Source: Promethearchaeia archaeon (lineage in GTDB: Archaea; Asgardarchaeota; Lokiarchaeia; Sigyniarchaeales; SOKP01). Taken from it: a stretch of 64,000 bases of DNA. How positions within the stretch are numbered: position 1 is the first letter of the stretch; each line of letters begins with the position of its first letter. Below the pieces are notes generated by a model, which was not told where the DNA came from, ran no database searches, and saw nothing but the letters and a program-made list of their open reading frames with translations. The position numbers were made by a program, and so were the translations under genes. The stretch spans positions 1 through 64,000 of the forward strand of contig JAHQWG010000033.1 in NCBI GenBank assembly GCA_029856045.1, written 5' to 3'. Positions 39,491 through 50,454 of this stretch are shown one piece after another.

Positions 39491-40504
39491 TTGACTAAAA
39501 TGACTAATATCTTAATAACTGGTGGCACTGGATTTATTGGTGTTCATTTGGTTAAACGTTTATATGAATTAGGACAAAATTTAAAACTTCTTATAAGAGA
39601 AAATAGCAATATTGAACCATTTAAAGATCTAAAAAATATTGAATATATTATTGGGGATGTTCGGGATATCGATAGCCTTTATCAATCTATAGAAAATGTT
39701 GATTTAATTTATCATCTCGCAGCATATACTGAAATATGGGCTAAAAATAAATCTATTTACGAAGAAATTAATATCAATGGCTCCGAAAACATTGCGAAAG
39801 TAGTACTAGAAAAAAAAAAAAAACTAATTTACGTTAGTTCATTTTTTGCTATTGGACCTTATCTTGTTGGCAATGAAGTTCCTAATTTCGAAACTTATGA
39901 ACGTAATAATGATTTTTTTATAGATTATGAGAGATCAAAATATTATAGTACAAAAAAAATCAAAGAATATAAAGAACAAGGACTTAAAACAATCATATTT
40001 TATCCAGGATTTGTTTACGGTCCTGGTGATTTCAATTTTTATGGAAAACTAACAATAGATGTTATTTTAGGAAAACTTCTAGGAATTCCTAAGACATCAG
40101 TTTCTCAATTTAGTATGGCTTATGTAAAGGATATTATTGAACCAATGGTAAATGTTATTGACAGAGATGATTTAATTGGTGAAGAATTTTTTATTGGCGG
40201 TGAATTTATCTCAACTAAAGATTATCTTAATTTAATTGCAGAAATAGCCGAAGTAAAAAAACCACGGCAATTTCCAATGTGGCTGGCTATGTTTTATGGA
40301 TGGTTATGCGAAATTAAAGCAAAAATGACTAAAAAAATACCCTATATGACTCGAGCACTAATGAGAATGGCAACATATAATTGGGCATATTCATCACAAA
40401 AAGCTATTGATAAATTAGGATATAAAATTACTCCTTTTGATAAAGGTTTGGGAGAAACTGTCACATGGTATAAAGAATATTTAGAAAAAAATAAAGAAAA
40501 TTAA
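39491..40504 (+). CDS. Extended SDR, NAD-dependent epimerase/dehydratase (HpnA/3-beta-HSD-like)
   Basis: TGGTGFIG, HLAA, YERSK, VYGPGD. Confidence 0.87.
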   Translation: MTKMTNILITGGTGFIGVHLVKRLYELGQNLKLLIRENSNIEPFKDLKNIEYIIGDVRDIDSLYQSIENVDLIYHLAAYTEIWAKNKSIYEEININGSENIAKVVLEKKKKLIYVSSFFAIGPYLVGNEVPNFETYERNNDFFIDYERSKYYSTKKIKEYKEQGLKTIIFYPGFVYGPGDFNFYGKLTIDVILGKLLGIPKTSVSQFSMAYVKDIIEPMVNVIDRDDLIGEEFFIGGEFISTKDYLNLIAEIAEVKKPRQFPMWLAMFYGWLCEIKAKMTKKIPYMTRALMRMATYNWAYSSQKAIDKLGYKITPFDKGLGETVTWYKEYLEKNKEN

Positions 40505-40534
40505 CTGGTTAATAAAAATAAATGAGGTTTTTAT

Positions 40535-42055
40535 ATGAAATTAGATGTTTTAAATAAATATACAGGGGAGGTAATAGAATCTATTGAAGCAGATACTGAA
40601 GATACAATTCACAATAAGATTAGAAGAACAGTTCAGTGGGAAAAAAGACTTTTAAACACCACATTAGAAGAAAGAATTGATGTAATCAAAGATATTGCTA
40701 ATGTATTACTTAAAGAAAAGAAAAAAATTAAAGATATCATAGTTGCTGAAGGAGGATTACCCATTCGCTATTCAGAATGGGAATTTGCTATGATTGAAAA
40801 GGGATATTCTTATGTTGATTGGTTTATCGATCTAATAAAAGACAGAACACAACGTGATCTTGAAAGTGGACAAGTTTCACTCATAAAATATCAACCTATG
40901 GGATTAACTATAGGTATAACTCCCCGTAATACTCCTATGAGTTTGCCAATGTACTTTTGGGGATCAAGCTTCATGGCAGGAAACCCTGCTATTATAAAGC
41001 CTTCCACAGCTTGCCCCTTGACAATGAAATATTGTATAGAAAGAATTAATGAGAGTGATTTTCCATTTAATGAAGCATATGATTTAGTCATTAGTCCTGG
41101 CAACTATGCAACCAAAATTTTTATTGAATCAAAATTAATTAAAAATATTATTTGTGTAGCCGCTTCTCATACAGCAAAACAGATTCTGATGGATTACGCT
41201 GAAGTTTTAAAAAAACATACCCAGAAGTTTCTTGGAGTTAATATGATCAATTTTCCATTCAAAAATTTTGTATTCGAAAGTGCCGGAAATGATGCAGGAA
41301 TCGTAATGCCCGGAGTAAATTTAGAATTAGTAGCTAAATGGAATATAATTGCTTCCTATACAAATTCAGGACAACAATGTTTTTCAATGAAGCGAATAAT
41401 TGTACATCAGGATATATATGATGAGTATATTGAATTATTGCTTAAAGAGATTGAAAAATTAAAGATAGGAGACCCCAGAGATATGTCCACAGATATTGGA
41501 CCTCTTGGATCTCGGAGAATATTAATGATGATGGAAGTAATGGTTGGTGAAGCCACAAAACATAAGGGTGTAAAAATATTATGTGGTGCTGAAAAAATAG
41601 ATACCGGGAAAAGCTATGGCCTTTTTTATCAACCAACGTTAGTAGAGATTCCTCGCGAAAATATACTTGATTTTGATAAAGCTCCTTTTCTGTGGCGTGA
41701 AGAAGCTTTTGGTCCTGTAAGAAGTGTAACTAAAGCCAAAAATATTGATGATGCTATTTTTCTCGCAAATCATTCTAACTATGGAATGCGTGCTGTTGTC
41801 TACACACCTCCAGAAAATATTGAAAGATTTGTTAACGAATTGCAGGCAGGAAGCATATATATTAATAATGAACCGATGCAGGCTAATATTAGTACAGCTT
41901 TAGGGGGTTGGAAAGATAGTTCATATCCTCCTGGAATAAAATATTATCCTTCTGAGATGGTGATCTCTAAGATTATATACAATGGTTCACTTAATACTTC
42001 CAAACATCTTTTTATTGAAGCAACTCAACCTGTTTTGAAAGATGTAGTTGATTAG
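40535..42055 (+). CDS. Divergent aldehyde dehydrogenase family protein
   Basis: PRNTP, IKPS, ESAGND, GQQC, EEAFGP, GGWKDS. Confidence 0.85.
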   Translation: MKLDVLNKYTGEVIESIEADTEDTIHNKIRRTVQWEKRLLNTTLEERIDVIKDIANVLLKEKKKIKDIIVAEGGLPIRYSEWEFAMIEKGYSYVDWFIDLIKDRTQRDLESGQVSLIKYQPMGLTIGITPRNTPMSLPMYFWGSSFMAGNPAIIKPSTACPLTMKYCIERINESDFPFNEAYDLVISPGNYATKIFIESKLIKNIICVAASHTAKQILMDYAEVLKKHTQKFLGVNMINFPFKNFVFESAGNDAGIVMPGVNLELVAKWNIIASYTNSGQQCFSMKRIIVHQDIYDEYIELLLKEIEKLKIGDPRDMSTDIGPLGSRRILMMMEVMVGEATKHKGVKILCGAEKIDTGKSYGLFYQPTLVEIPRENILDFDKAPFLWREEAFGPVRSVTKAKNIDDAIFLANHSNYGMRAVVYTPPENIERFVNELQAGSIYINNEPMQANISTALGGWKDSSYPPGIKYYPSEMVISKIIYNGSLNTSKHLFIEATQPVLKDVVD

Positions 42056-42140
42056 TAAAATTTAAAACAATTTTAATTCTTTTTCTTTTGAACTCTTTTA
42101 TTAAAGAAAATCTAATTATCTTTTAACAATCATAATTATT

Positions 42141-43427
42141 GTGATAAGAATGAAAGTTGAAATTTCAAATGATGATTCCGAATATATGTATAATGTTATA
42201 AAAGATATTATAGAAAAATTTGGACCAAGAATGCCATGTAGTCCTGCAGAAGCACAAACAGCTGAATATATTAAAAAAAAACTTGAAAAGACATGTAATG
42301 AAGTTATTGTTGAACCATTTAAGTGTCACCCACGGGCTTTTTTGGGGTGGATAAGGATTGACATTTTATTAATTAGCATCTCAATTTTAAACTTTTTATT
42401 AATGCCATTTATTGCACCAAATTTGCTCTCACGTATATTAGTAATTACTATCGCTGTGATTCTTAATATTTTTGCATTCTTGATACTTTGGAACGAATTT
42501 TTTAATTATAGAGAGTTTATAGATAAATTATTTAAAGAAAGGAATTCGCAAAACGTCGTAGGAAAGATTAAAGCAAAAGAAGAATTGAAAAAAATTATTG
42601 TTTTTTCAGGACACCATGATAGTGCTCTACAATTTAACCTTTTACGATATTTAAAGTTTGGGTATGTGATTATTATTTTTCTGGGATTAAGTGTATTGTT
42701 TATATGGATAATAGGTTCAATAATTATATTTATCATAATATTTTTTAACTTGGAATATGCGTTATTGTATAATTTTACTGTTATTCTCTTTATAATCGGC
42801 ATCCCTGCTTTTATTGGGTTATTTTTTTTCGTATCAAGTGGCGAAAAAGCGAATAAAGTCCCAGGAGCTATTGATAATCTTAGTGCTGTTGCTGTTATAT
42901 TAGGTCTCGGAAAATATCTTAAAACTCATAAACAAATTATTCCAAATAACACAGAAATTCGTTTAATCTCATTTGGATGCGAGGAAGCTGGCTTAAGAGG
43001 TGCTTATCGATATGTTGCACGTCATTTTGAAGAATTAAAAAAAAAAGATGCAGAAATAATAAATATGGATGGCATTCAGAGTGATGAAAAATTTTATATA
43101 ATAGAATATGAACCTACGACAAGAACGAGACATTCACCAGAAATAGTGCAAAAAATAAATAAATCCGCAGATCTGGTTGATCTTAATATTAAACCATTTG
43201 GTTCTGGTTTTATAGAGAAACTTATAGGACAAATTAGTGGGGGAACTGACGCAACTGCATTTTCAAAAGTTAAAATTAAGGCAGCAACTTTTGCGTCAAT
43301 GAATTTCAGCAAATTTTTGTCTTTCTATCATCAACCCACAGATAATATAGAAATAGTAAATAAGATTGCACTCACAAATGCACTAAAGATTTGTATCGGT
43401 TATTTGATTAATGAATCGAATTATTAA
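42141..43427 (+). CDS. M28 family metallopeptidase with internal TM hairpins
   Basis: GHHDS, GAIDNLSAV, CEEAGLRG, NMD, GTD, YHQPTD. Confidence 0.85.
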   Translation: MIRMKVEISNDDSEYMYNVIKDIIEKFGPRMPCSPAEAQTAEYIKKKLEKTCNEVIVEPFKCHPRAFLGWIRIDILLISISILNFLLMPFIAPNLLSRILVITIAVILNIFAFLILWNEFFNYREFIDKLFKERNSQNVVGKIKAKEELKKIIVFSGHHDSALQFNLLRYLKFGYVIIIFLGLSVLFIWIIGSIIIFIIIFFNLEYALLYNFTVILFIIGIPAFIGLFFFVSSGEKANKVPGAIDNLSAVAVILGLGKYLKTHKQIIPNNTEIRLISFGCEEAGLRGAYRYVARHFEELKKKDAEIINMDGIQSDEKFYIIEYEPTTRTRHSPEIVQKINKSADLVDLNIKPFGSGFIEKLIGQISGGTDATAFSKVKIKAATFASMNFSKFLSFYHQPTDNIEIVNKIALTNALKICIGYLINESNY

Positions 43428-43732
43428 TTTATTAAAATTTTTCTTTATATATTTTCATCAATTTTGGGAAATCTATCTACTTAACAAATGATAATTAATA
43501 TTGGGAATTTAGTGGGATTTCTACCATAAAATTGATCAATCTCCTAAATACCTCTGAATTTTTATAAAAATTTAATTAGAAATTTTTATATCCCCATAAA
43601 TGGTAAAAATTTTTAATGAATTTCAGATAAAAATATTGATTTTTGATTAAAATGTGATAATATTTAAATAGAGATAAAATGAATATTAAATCGATATAAC
43701 AATAAAAAATTTTTTAAAAAGTGATATGAAAA

Positions 43733-45118
43733 ATGGAAACAAAAACTAGAAATATAATTATTGTCGTTGTAATAATTGCTATAATCGCTGGTGTAGGTAT
43801 TCCACTTGGAATGGTGTTTTTAGGACCTAAATATGGAGCAGTTCAACCAGGCGTCCTTCTTACTCCAGGAGCCCCAGCTGATGTTGCAAGCAATCGAATA
43901 ATTAAAATCGGAGTATTGGGTTCATTAACTGATATACAAGGTGAAGGTCAATGGAATGGAGTATATATGGCAGCAGATGAGATAAACACCGATGGTGGAG
44001 TTGATATCGGAGGAGTAACGTATTATTTTGGAATTGTAGGTGAGGATACCTTTGAATCCGATGCCCAGCTCGATATAACCAAGGGAACGACTGCCGCAAC
44101 GAAAATGATGACACAACATGAACCCAACTTTTGCATTGGTGGATTCAGAACGGAATCGTTATTAGCATACCAAGAAATTGTAATGGATGAAAAAATTGTC
44201 TTTATTAATACAGGTGCGTCTACAGATTGTTTCGCCCAACAGGTTCTTGATGACTACGATACATATAAATATATGTTCAGAACGATGCCTATCAACTCAT
44301 CGGCCTTAGGAGCACAAATTATTACTCTTTTTGGAGCATTTGCAGCGGTTTTGCCAGCAACCTTAGGTAAACCAGTTAATAAAGTTGTGATTGTAAGAGA
44401 GGATCTTGACTGGACACTTCCAATGGACGCTGCTCTAAACTATTACTTACCTTTATTCGGTTATACGATCTTGGATGATATAGCTTATCCAATCACTGCT
44501 ACATCCGAAGATTTCGCCACAATATGGCAAAGCATTCAAGATCAAGGAGCCCAATTAGTTATTCCCGTAATATCTGGAACGACAGGGATTACTTTTACCA
44601 CTCAATATGCACAAATTCAACCAAAATGTCTTATTGCTGGTATTGATGTTCAAGCACAGTTGGATTCTTACTGGGCTGATACGAATGGAGGTTGCGAACA
44701 CGAAATTATAATGCAAACATTATGTCGTACGAATAAAACACCAACTTCACTTGCATTTTGGGATAGATGGCTAGCTAATTTCGGTGAATCACCTCTTTAT
44801 ACGGCTGTAGGTTCCTATGACAGCGTATATATGATGAAAGACGTGATTGAAGCATGTGATTCCATTGATTCTGATGACCTTGTGGCTGAAATGGAGAAAA
44901 TCACTCCTGAAAATCCGAGTCTTATTTCAGTAGCGACATTAGAATTTGGATGGACAAAATCTCATGATGTAATGGCAGGTTGGCCATATGGAACCACCTT
45001 ATTCGTTCAATGGCAAGCGGGCGGAGCAAAAGAGTGCATAACAACTGGTGGTGCTCTTTATCCAGACTCTATTGTAACAGCACCTATGACGTTCCCATCT
45101 TGGGGTATAAACGATTAA
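43733..45118 (+). CDS. Liv/HAAT-type ABC transporter substrate-binding protein (N-terminal TM anchor)
   Basis: IKIGVLG, ADEIN..GG, GGFRTE, YMFRT, YDSV; upstream of livHMGF-like genes. Confidence 0.88.
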   Translation: METKTRNIIIVVVIIAIIAGVGIPLGMVFLGPKYGAVQPGVLLTPGAPADVASNRIIKIGVLGSLTDIQGEGQWNGVYMAADEINTDGGVDIGGVTYYFGIVGEDTFESDAQLDITKGTTAATKMMTQHEPNFCIGGFRTESLLAYQEIVMDEKIVFINTGASTDCFAQQVLDDYDTYKYMFRTMPINSSALGAQIITLFGAFAAVLPATLGKPVNKVVIVREDLDWTLPMDAALNYYLPLFGYTILDDIAYPITATSEDFATIWQSIQDQGAQLVIPVISGTTGITFTTQYAQIQPKCLIAGIDVQAQLDSYWADTNGGCEHEIIMQTLCRTNKTPTSLAFWDRWLANFGESPLYTAVGSYDSVYMMKDVIEACDSIDSDDLVAEMEKITPENPSLISVATLEFGWTKSHDVMAGWPYGTTLFVQWQAGGAKECITTGGALYPDSIVTAPMTFPSWGIND

Positions 45119-45539
45119 ATTTAACAAGAAAAACAAATTTAACTCTATTTTTTTTTTTAAAATTAATAATATCAACTATTCTTTTTACCCATTTTTATTA
45201 ATTTATCTATCTTAAAATCAGAATTTAGGTTCAAAAATTTAAAAAAATTAGATGATCTCAAAAGAGATGAAATTTTATTATCTATTACAATTTATTGTTT
45301 AACTTTTTTATATCCTTAAAATTATTTATTTAACGATTAAAAATAATTTTTATGAAAAGTAAGAGTGTTATTAGTAAATATAAACGAATTTGTAAAAGAA
45401 TTATTTTATAATCTCAATGAATTATAATAAATTCTTGAATTAGAAAAAGAAACGTTTTTAAAGAATTAAGTTTAATAAAAAATAATAAAAATAATATCAG
45501 ATTTTACTCTAAATAATGTTTAAATGAGCATGAATTGAT

Positions 45540-46403
45540 ATGATATTTCAAATTGAGAATGTATTAATTTTTGGAACAGTGCAAGGGTCAGTTTTAGCGC
45601 TGCTTGCTTTAGGTTTTTCTCTGGTTTTTGGGGTAGGGGGTGTTTTGAATTTAGGTCACGGTGCTTTTTATTTAATTACTTGTTATGTATTTTATTTAAT
45701 CTGGAGGGTTTTATTTTTTGATCTCATAATTAGTATAATACTCTCATTAATTATTGCAATAATTGTAGGAGGTGTTGTATATCTAGCTTTGATAAAACCT
45801 TTACAAGATTCTCACATAGGAATTGTGATTGTTACATTTGCATTTGCCGTTTTCATGCAGGAGTTTGTAAAAGTAATAGCTGGAATTAAACCACATTATA
45901 TTTCTCCTTTTATTTTCGGTAGCGTAGAGTTTTTAGGAGTTACATTCCCAATTCAGTTCGTTTTTGTAATAATTGGATCTTTAATTCTTGTATTTCTAGT
46001 TGGATTATTTATTAGCAAAACAAAGATAGGAAAATCAATTCGTGCAGTTTCCCAAGATCGTGAGGCAGCGTTGCTTATGGGTATTAATGCAGATAGAATC
46101 CTTATGATAACTGTTATGATCTCTGCTTTTCTAGCGGGTATGGCTGCAATTTTATATGCTCCCACTTCTGCTATAACAATTGATATGGGATGGAGTTTTC
46201 TATTAAGCGCTTTTGCAGTTTCTGTTTTTGGAGGTATGGGAAGTACCTCAGGATGTGTCCTTGGAGCCTTTATTATGGGTTATGCAAAAACTTTTTGTAG
46301 TGTTTTTATTAGTCCAACTTTAGCTACAGTATTTCCACTTTTAGTTATAGTAGTCATGCTTTTAGTTAGACCTCAAGGTTTGCTAGGAAAGAAGGAGGTG
46401 TAA
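45540..46403 (+). CDS. livH: Branched-chain-type ABC permease
   Basis: LLALGFSLVFG..GVLNLGHG, RAVSQDREAA.LMGIN, GGMGS, RPQGL. Confidence 0.9.
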   Translation: MIFQIENVLIFGTVQGSVLALLALGFSLVFGVGGVLNLGHGAFYLITCYVFYLIWRVLFFDLIISIILSLIIAIIVGGVVYLALIKPLQDSHIGIVIVTFAFAVFMQEFVKVIAGIKPHYISPFIFGSVEFLGVTFPIQFVFVIIGSLILVFLVGLFISKTKIGKSIRAVSQDREAALLMGINADRILMITVMISAFLAGMAAILYAPTSAITIDMGWSFLLSAFAVSVFGGMGSTSGCVLGAFIMGYAKTFCSVFISPTLATVFPLLVIVVMLLVRPQGLLGKKEV

Positions 46404-46410
46404 TAAAAAA

Positions 46411-47508
46411 TTGCCTAAAAAAATTAGAAGCAAAGTTTCTAATACTGTATCGGGTACTAAAAATTTTTTTCTAGGAATACCAAGAGCAACTAGAAATTTA
46501 TATAAAGAAATTCCTCATCAAGTAAAAAGTTTTAAAGAGTGGATATTTACTTTCAGAGGAAGCTTGACTATATTATGTTTAATTGGTACGATTCTTGTTC
46601 CACTGATTACTATGGATGATTATATAATGACTATTTTAATTTCTTTTTTGGTTTTTTCAATTTTTGCTGCCAGTTGGGATCTCTTAGCGGGATATACAGG
46701 ACAAGTCAGTTTTGGGCATTCCGTTTTTTTCGGAATAGGGGCTTATGTCGCAGCAGCTTTTGTTAAAATGGCTGGATTACCTTGGTTTTTTTCTATGATC
46801 ATTGGGGCTGTTGCGGCTATATTAGTTGGTTTGATTATAGGCATTCCCTGTCTTAGGTTAAAAGGACCATATTTAGCATTAGGAACCCAAGCATTTAGTT
46901 TAATTTTGTTTAATTTATTTATGTCGGGGGAATTAAAGGACATTCTTGGAAGCACCGAAGGAATCTCAGCACTTCCTGCAATGTCAGAAGCCCATATTGT
47001 GACTTTCTTCTTTATTTTGATTATTATGGTAATATCCTTTATCATTTTGACTATTATAGTTAAATCAAATATTGGAACTATATTTAAAGCAATCCGTGAT
47101 GATGAAACCGCAGCGGATGCCTCAGGTATCAATACCACGAAATATAAATTAATCGCATTTATGATTAGTGGTTTTTTTGCTGGGATTGCTGGTGGACTTT
47201 TTGCGTTGAATTCAAGGGCTGTAAATCCTTCTGTTTTTCTAGCCCTCTACTCATTTTACGCAATTGTTATGGTAGCATTAGGTGGAATCGCTACAATCTC
47301 TGGTTCTGTTGTGGGAGCTTTTATCTATTGGGTTATACTTACTGAATTATTTAAACCTATGGGAGCCTTGGGGACAATTTTTCTGTATTTTCCAACATTA
47401 ATTTCTGCTCTCATCTTAATAATTATGATCCGTTTTGCTGATCAAGGAATATTAAAACCAGCCTTGGAGCATATTAGAGAATTTTATGATTTCTTATTAG
47501 GAAGATAA
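46411..47508 (+). CDS. livM: Branched-chain-type ABC permease
   Basis: WDLLAGYTGQVSFGH, LRLKGPYLAL, AIRDDE.AA..GIN. Confidence 0.9.
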   Translation: MPKKIRSKVSNTVSGTKNFFLGIPRATRNLYKEIPHQVKSFKEWIFTFRGSLTILCLIGTILVPLITMDDYIMTILISFLVFSIFAASWDLLAGYTGQVSFGHSVFFGIGAYVAAAFVKMAGLPWFFSMIIGAVAAILVGLIIGIPCLRLKGPYLALGTQAFSLILFNLFMSGELKDILGSTEGISALPAMSEAHIVTFFFILIIMVISFIILTIIVKSNIGTIFKAIRDDETAADASGINTTKYKLIAFMISGFFAGIAGGLFALNSRAVNPSVFLALYSFYAIVMVALGGIATISGSVVGAFIYWVILTELFKPMGALGTIFLYFPTLISALILIIMIRFADQGILKPALEHIREFYDFLLGR

Positions 47509-47553
47509 AAAGTTATTTAAATTAAAAAAATATAAACAATGTTGATTTAGAAA

Positions 47554-48294
47554 ATGGGAGTAATTTTGGAAGTTAAAAATTTAACGAAAAAGTTTGGAGG
47601 ATTAACAGCGGTTAACGACTTCAGTTTTGAAATAAAACGAGGAGAATTTGTAGGACTTATTGGTCCAAATGGTGCAGGCAAAACTACTGTTTTCAATTTA
47701 ATTTCTGGATTTGAAAAACCAAACTCGGGCTCAATCAGATTTGATGGGATGGATATTACTGGGTTAAAACCTTACCAAATTGTAAATTTGGGTCTTGTGA
47801 GAACATTTCAGTTAGTTAGATCATTTCATTATATGTCAGTGCTTGATAATGTTTCTGTTGCATGTCTTTCACCAAGAGGTAAGAAGGCTTCCGAAAAAGT
47901 AGGACTCGACAAGTATGCAAGTAGAATTCTTTCCGAAGTGGGACTTATAGATAAAGCTAGGTTCCCCCCAGTTATATTACCTCATGGTGATTTAAGAAGA
48001 CTTGAGATTGGTAAAGCTGCTGGTACTAACCCTCAGATACTTCTTCTTGATGAGCCATTTAGTGGTCTCTCTTATGAAGAACAGGAACATATACATGCGT
48101 TAATAAGACGATTAAGTAATGAAGGTGTTACAATTTTTATTACAGGGCATGTATTACGCGAATTAATGAATTTAGTTCCAAGAGTGATTGCTATGCATCA
48201 AGGTAAATTCATTACTGATGGTTCCCCTCAGGAGGTTGCCAATCATAAACTTGTACTGGAAGCATATTTAGGTAGAGGTGGTGGAATTGCTTGA
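47554..48294 (+). CDS. livG: Branched-chain-type ABC ATPase
   Basis: FGGLTAVND, GPNGAGKT, RTFQ, LDEP, EAYLG. Confidence 0.9.
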   Translation: MGVILEVKNLTKKFGGLTAVNDFSFEIKRGEFVGLIGPNGAGKTTVFNLISGFEKPNSGSIRFDGMDITGLKPYQIVNLGLVRTFQLVRSFHYMSVLDNVSVACLSPRGKKASEKVGLDKYASRILSEVGLIDKARFPPVILPHGDLRRLEIGKAAGTNPQILLLDEPFSGLSYEEQEHIHALIRRLSNEGVTIFITGHVLRELMNLVPRVIAMHQGKFITDGSPQEVANHKLVLEAYLGRGGGIA

Positions 48295-48991
48295 GATTAG
48301 AAAAATTTACCATTATTATGATAAAGCAAAAGCCCTTGAAGAGATTAACTTAACAGTTGAAGAAGGATCATTAGATGCTGTTATTGGTCCAAATGGTGCA
48401 GGTAAATCAACTCTACTCCGAGTAATATCCCGTTTAGAGGAACCTGATAGAGGGAAAGTTATGTTTATGGGTGAAAGGATCGATGAATTGGAAGCTTATC
48501 AGATTGCTAGAAAGGGCATAGCACATTGCCCAGAGCGTCGAAAACTATTTTATGATATGTCCGTTCTTGAAAACCTTGAAATGGGAGCTTATTCACTTAA
48601 AGATAAGAAAAAATTTCATGAACTACTAAACTTTATATTCGAAATATTCCCACGTCTTAAAGAACGCAAAAAACAGCGATCAGGAACCCTCAGTGGGGGT
48701 GAGCAACAAATGCTTGCAATAGGTCGCGCATTGATGGCTAATCCAAAGCTTCTTTTAATGGATGAACCTTCTTTAGGATTGGCTCCAAAAGTAAAAACAA
48801 AGATTTTCGAAGCTATTGAAAAAATAAAACATGAAGGTACAACCACTTTATTAGTTGAACAAGACGCAGTATTAGCTATGGCTGTAGCCGAGAATATTTA
48901 TGTTCTTGAAGAAGGAAAAATCGAAATTAGAGGTACTAAAGAAGAACTTGAAAGAGAACCACGAATAAAAAAGGTTTATTTAGGAATATAA
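48278..48991 (+). CDS. livF: Branched-chain-type ABC ATPase
   Basis: GPNGAGKST, FPRLKER, LSGGEQQMLAIGRAL, DEPSLGLAP, VEQ. Confidence 0.92.
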   Translation: MVELLEIRKIYHYYDKAKALEEINLTVEEGSLDAVIGPNGAGKSTLLRVISRLEEPDRGKVMFMGERIDELEAYQIARKGIAHCPERRKLFYDMSVLENLEMGAYSLKDKKKFHELLNFIFEIFPRLKERKKQRSGTLSGGEQQMLAIGRALMANPKLLLMDEPSLGLAPKVKTKIFEAIEKIKHEGTTTLLVEQDAVLAMAVAENIYVLEEGKIEIRGTKEELEREPRIKKVYLGI

Positions 48992-49002
48992 GGAGGTTAA
49001 AA

Positions 49003-50343
49003 ATGTCAGCACCTATAGAAAAATTGTTAAGAGATGCTAAAGTTGATTTAGTGGTTGCACGGGTTGAAAAAGATCCATCGGTTATAAATGATATAATCGG
49101 ATATTTAAAAAGTGAGATTAGATCAATTCGATTTAATGCTGTATTAGCACTAGGTAAAGTTGGTCAAAAAGCCACCGTGGGAGTATCCAATCTAGCGGAA
49201 TGTTTAGCAGATGACGATTGGAGTATATGTCGTGAAGTTGCGCGATCATTAGGAAAAATAGGAGCTCCGGCAAAAGATACCATCCCCGAGTTATGTAGGT
49301 ATATTAATAATAAAGAAATGTCGATTCGAAAAGAAGTTGTGATTTCTCTTGGGAAAATCGGTTTCGCAAGTCAAGAATCAATATCTAATTTAATTAATAG
49401 TCTAAATGATGAAAATGAAGAAATTCAAACAGAAGCCGCTAAATCACTTGGAATGATAGGTCCTGATGCCTATAATGCTATTCCCCACCTAATGAATAGC
49501 CTTAAAGATATAGGTTGGACTGTTAGAAATGCATCTGCTCAAGCAATAAGTAGAATTGGCGAAGGTTCTACAAGAGCAATTCCATCTCTTATAACGGCAC
49601 TTGAAGATCAAGATTGGAGAGTGCGATATCGAGTTATTGATACCCTTGCAGTGATGGGGCAAGAATCAGTTCCAGCCATTTTGGAAGTTATAAATTCTAA
49701 AAACCCTATCGTTAGAAAGGGAGCAATTGAGGCTTTAGGAGAATTAAAACTTGCTAATCCTGAAATCCTTGAAAAATTATCATTTTTACTGCATGACAAG
49801 GTTGAATATGTTCATGGAAAAGCTGCTGATGCACTTCGTAGTATAGGTAAAGAAGCAATTCCTGCTTTAATCAAAGAACTTAAAGTAGCAAATAAGGAAA
49901 TGAGAATTCTTATTATTTCTGCAATTGGGGGAATAGGTATTGATGCAACAGCTGCAATTCCAAGTTTGATTGAATCATTAAAGGATTCAAAAAGTTCAGT
50001 TCGGGTAGAAGCTTCAAGAGCATTAGGAAGAATAGGTCTAAATTCAGAAGATGCTATAATTGCTCTACAAGAAGCTCTAAATGATTCAAAAAGTATAGTA
50101 AAACGAGAAGCGGCACTTTCTCTGGGGAATATTGGTCTATTTGCTGCTAAAACAGTTCCTGCTTTAATTGAGTCATTAAAAGATAAGAAACCTGACGTTA
50201 GATGGAGAGTTTCTGAAGCCTTAGGAAAAATAGGAATTGATAATCCGAAAGTTATCGCAGCTCTAAAAAGTTTAGAACATGATAAATACGACTATGTGAG
50301 TGAATCTGCTTTAAATGCGCTTGATAATATCACAGAAAAATAA
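49003..50343 (+). CDS. HEAT/PBS-lyase-like repeat protein
   Basis: More than ten ~31-34 aa repeats of type L.D....VR..AA.ALG.IG. Confidence 0.9.
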   Translation: MSAPIEKLLRDAKVDLVVARVEKDPSVINDIIGYLKSEIRSIRFNAVLALGKVGQKATVGVSNLAECLADDDWSICREVARSLGKIGAPAKDTIPELCRYINNKEMSIRKEVVISLGKIGFASQESISNLINSLNDENEEIQTEAAKSLGMIGPDAYNAIPHLMNSLKDIGWTVRNASAQAISRIGEGSTRAIPSLITALEDQDWRVRYRVIDTLAVMGQESVPAILEVINSKNPIVRKGAIEALGELKLANPEILEKLSFLLHDKVEYVHGKAADALRSIGKEAIPALIKELKVANKEMRILIISAIGGIGIDATAAIPSLIESLKDSKSSVRVEASRALGRIGLNSEDAIIALQEALNDSKSIVKREAALSLGNIGLFAAKTVPALIESLKDKKPDVRWRVSEALGKIGIDNPKVIAALKSLEHDKYDYVSESALNALDNITEK

Positions 50344-50454
50344 TAAAAATATTTAATTATTGATATAAAGAAAACTATTTATGTGCCTTTAATTAAATAA
50401 AATTAATGTTTATTATTTAAGAAGATGTAAAATGTTAGAGGTAAATATTGAAAA

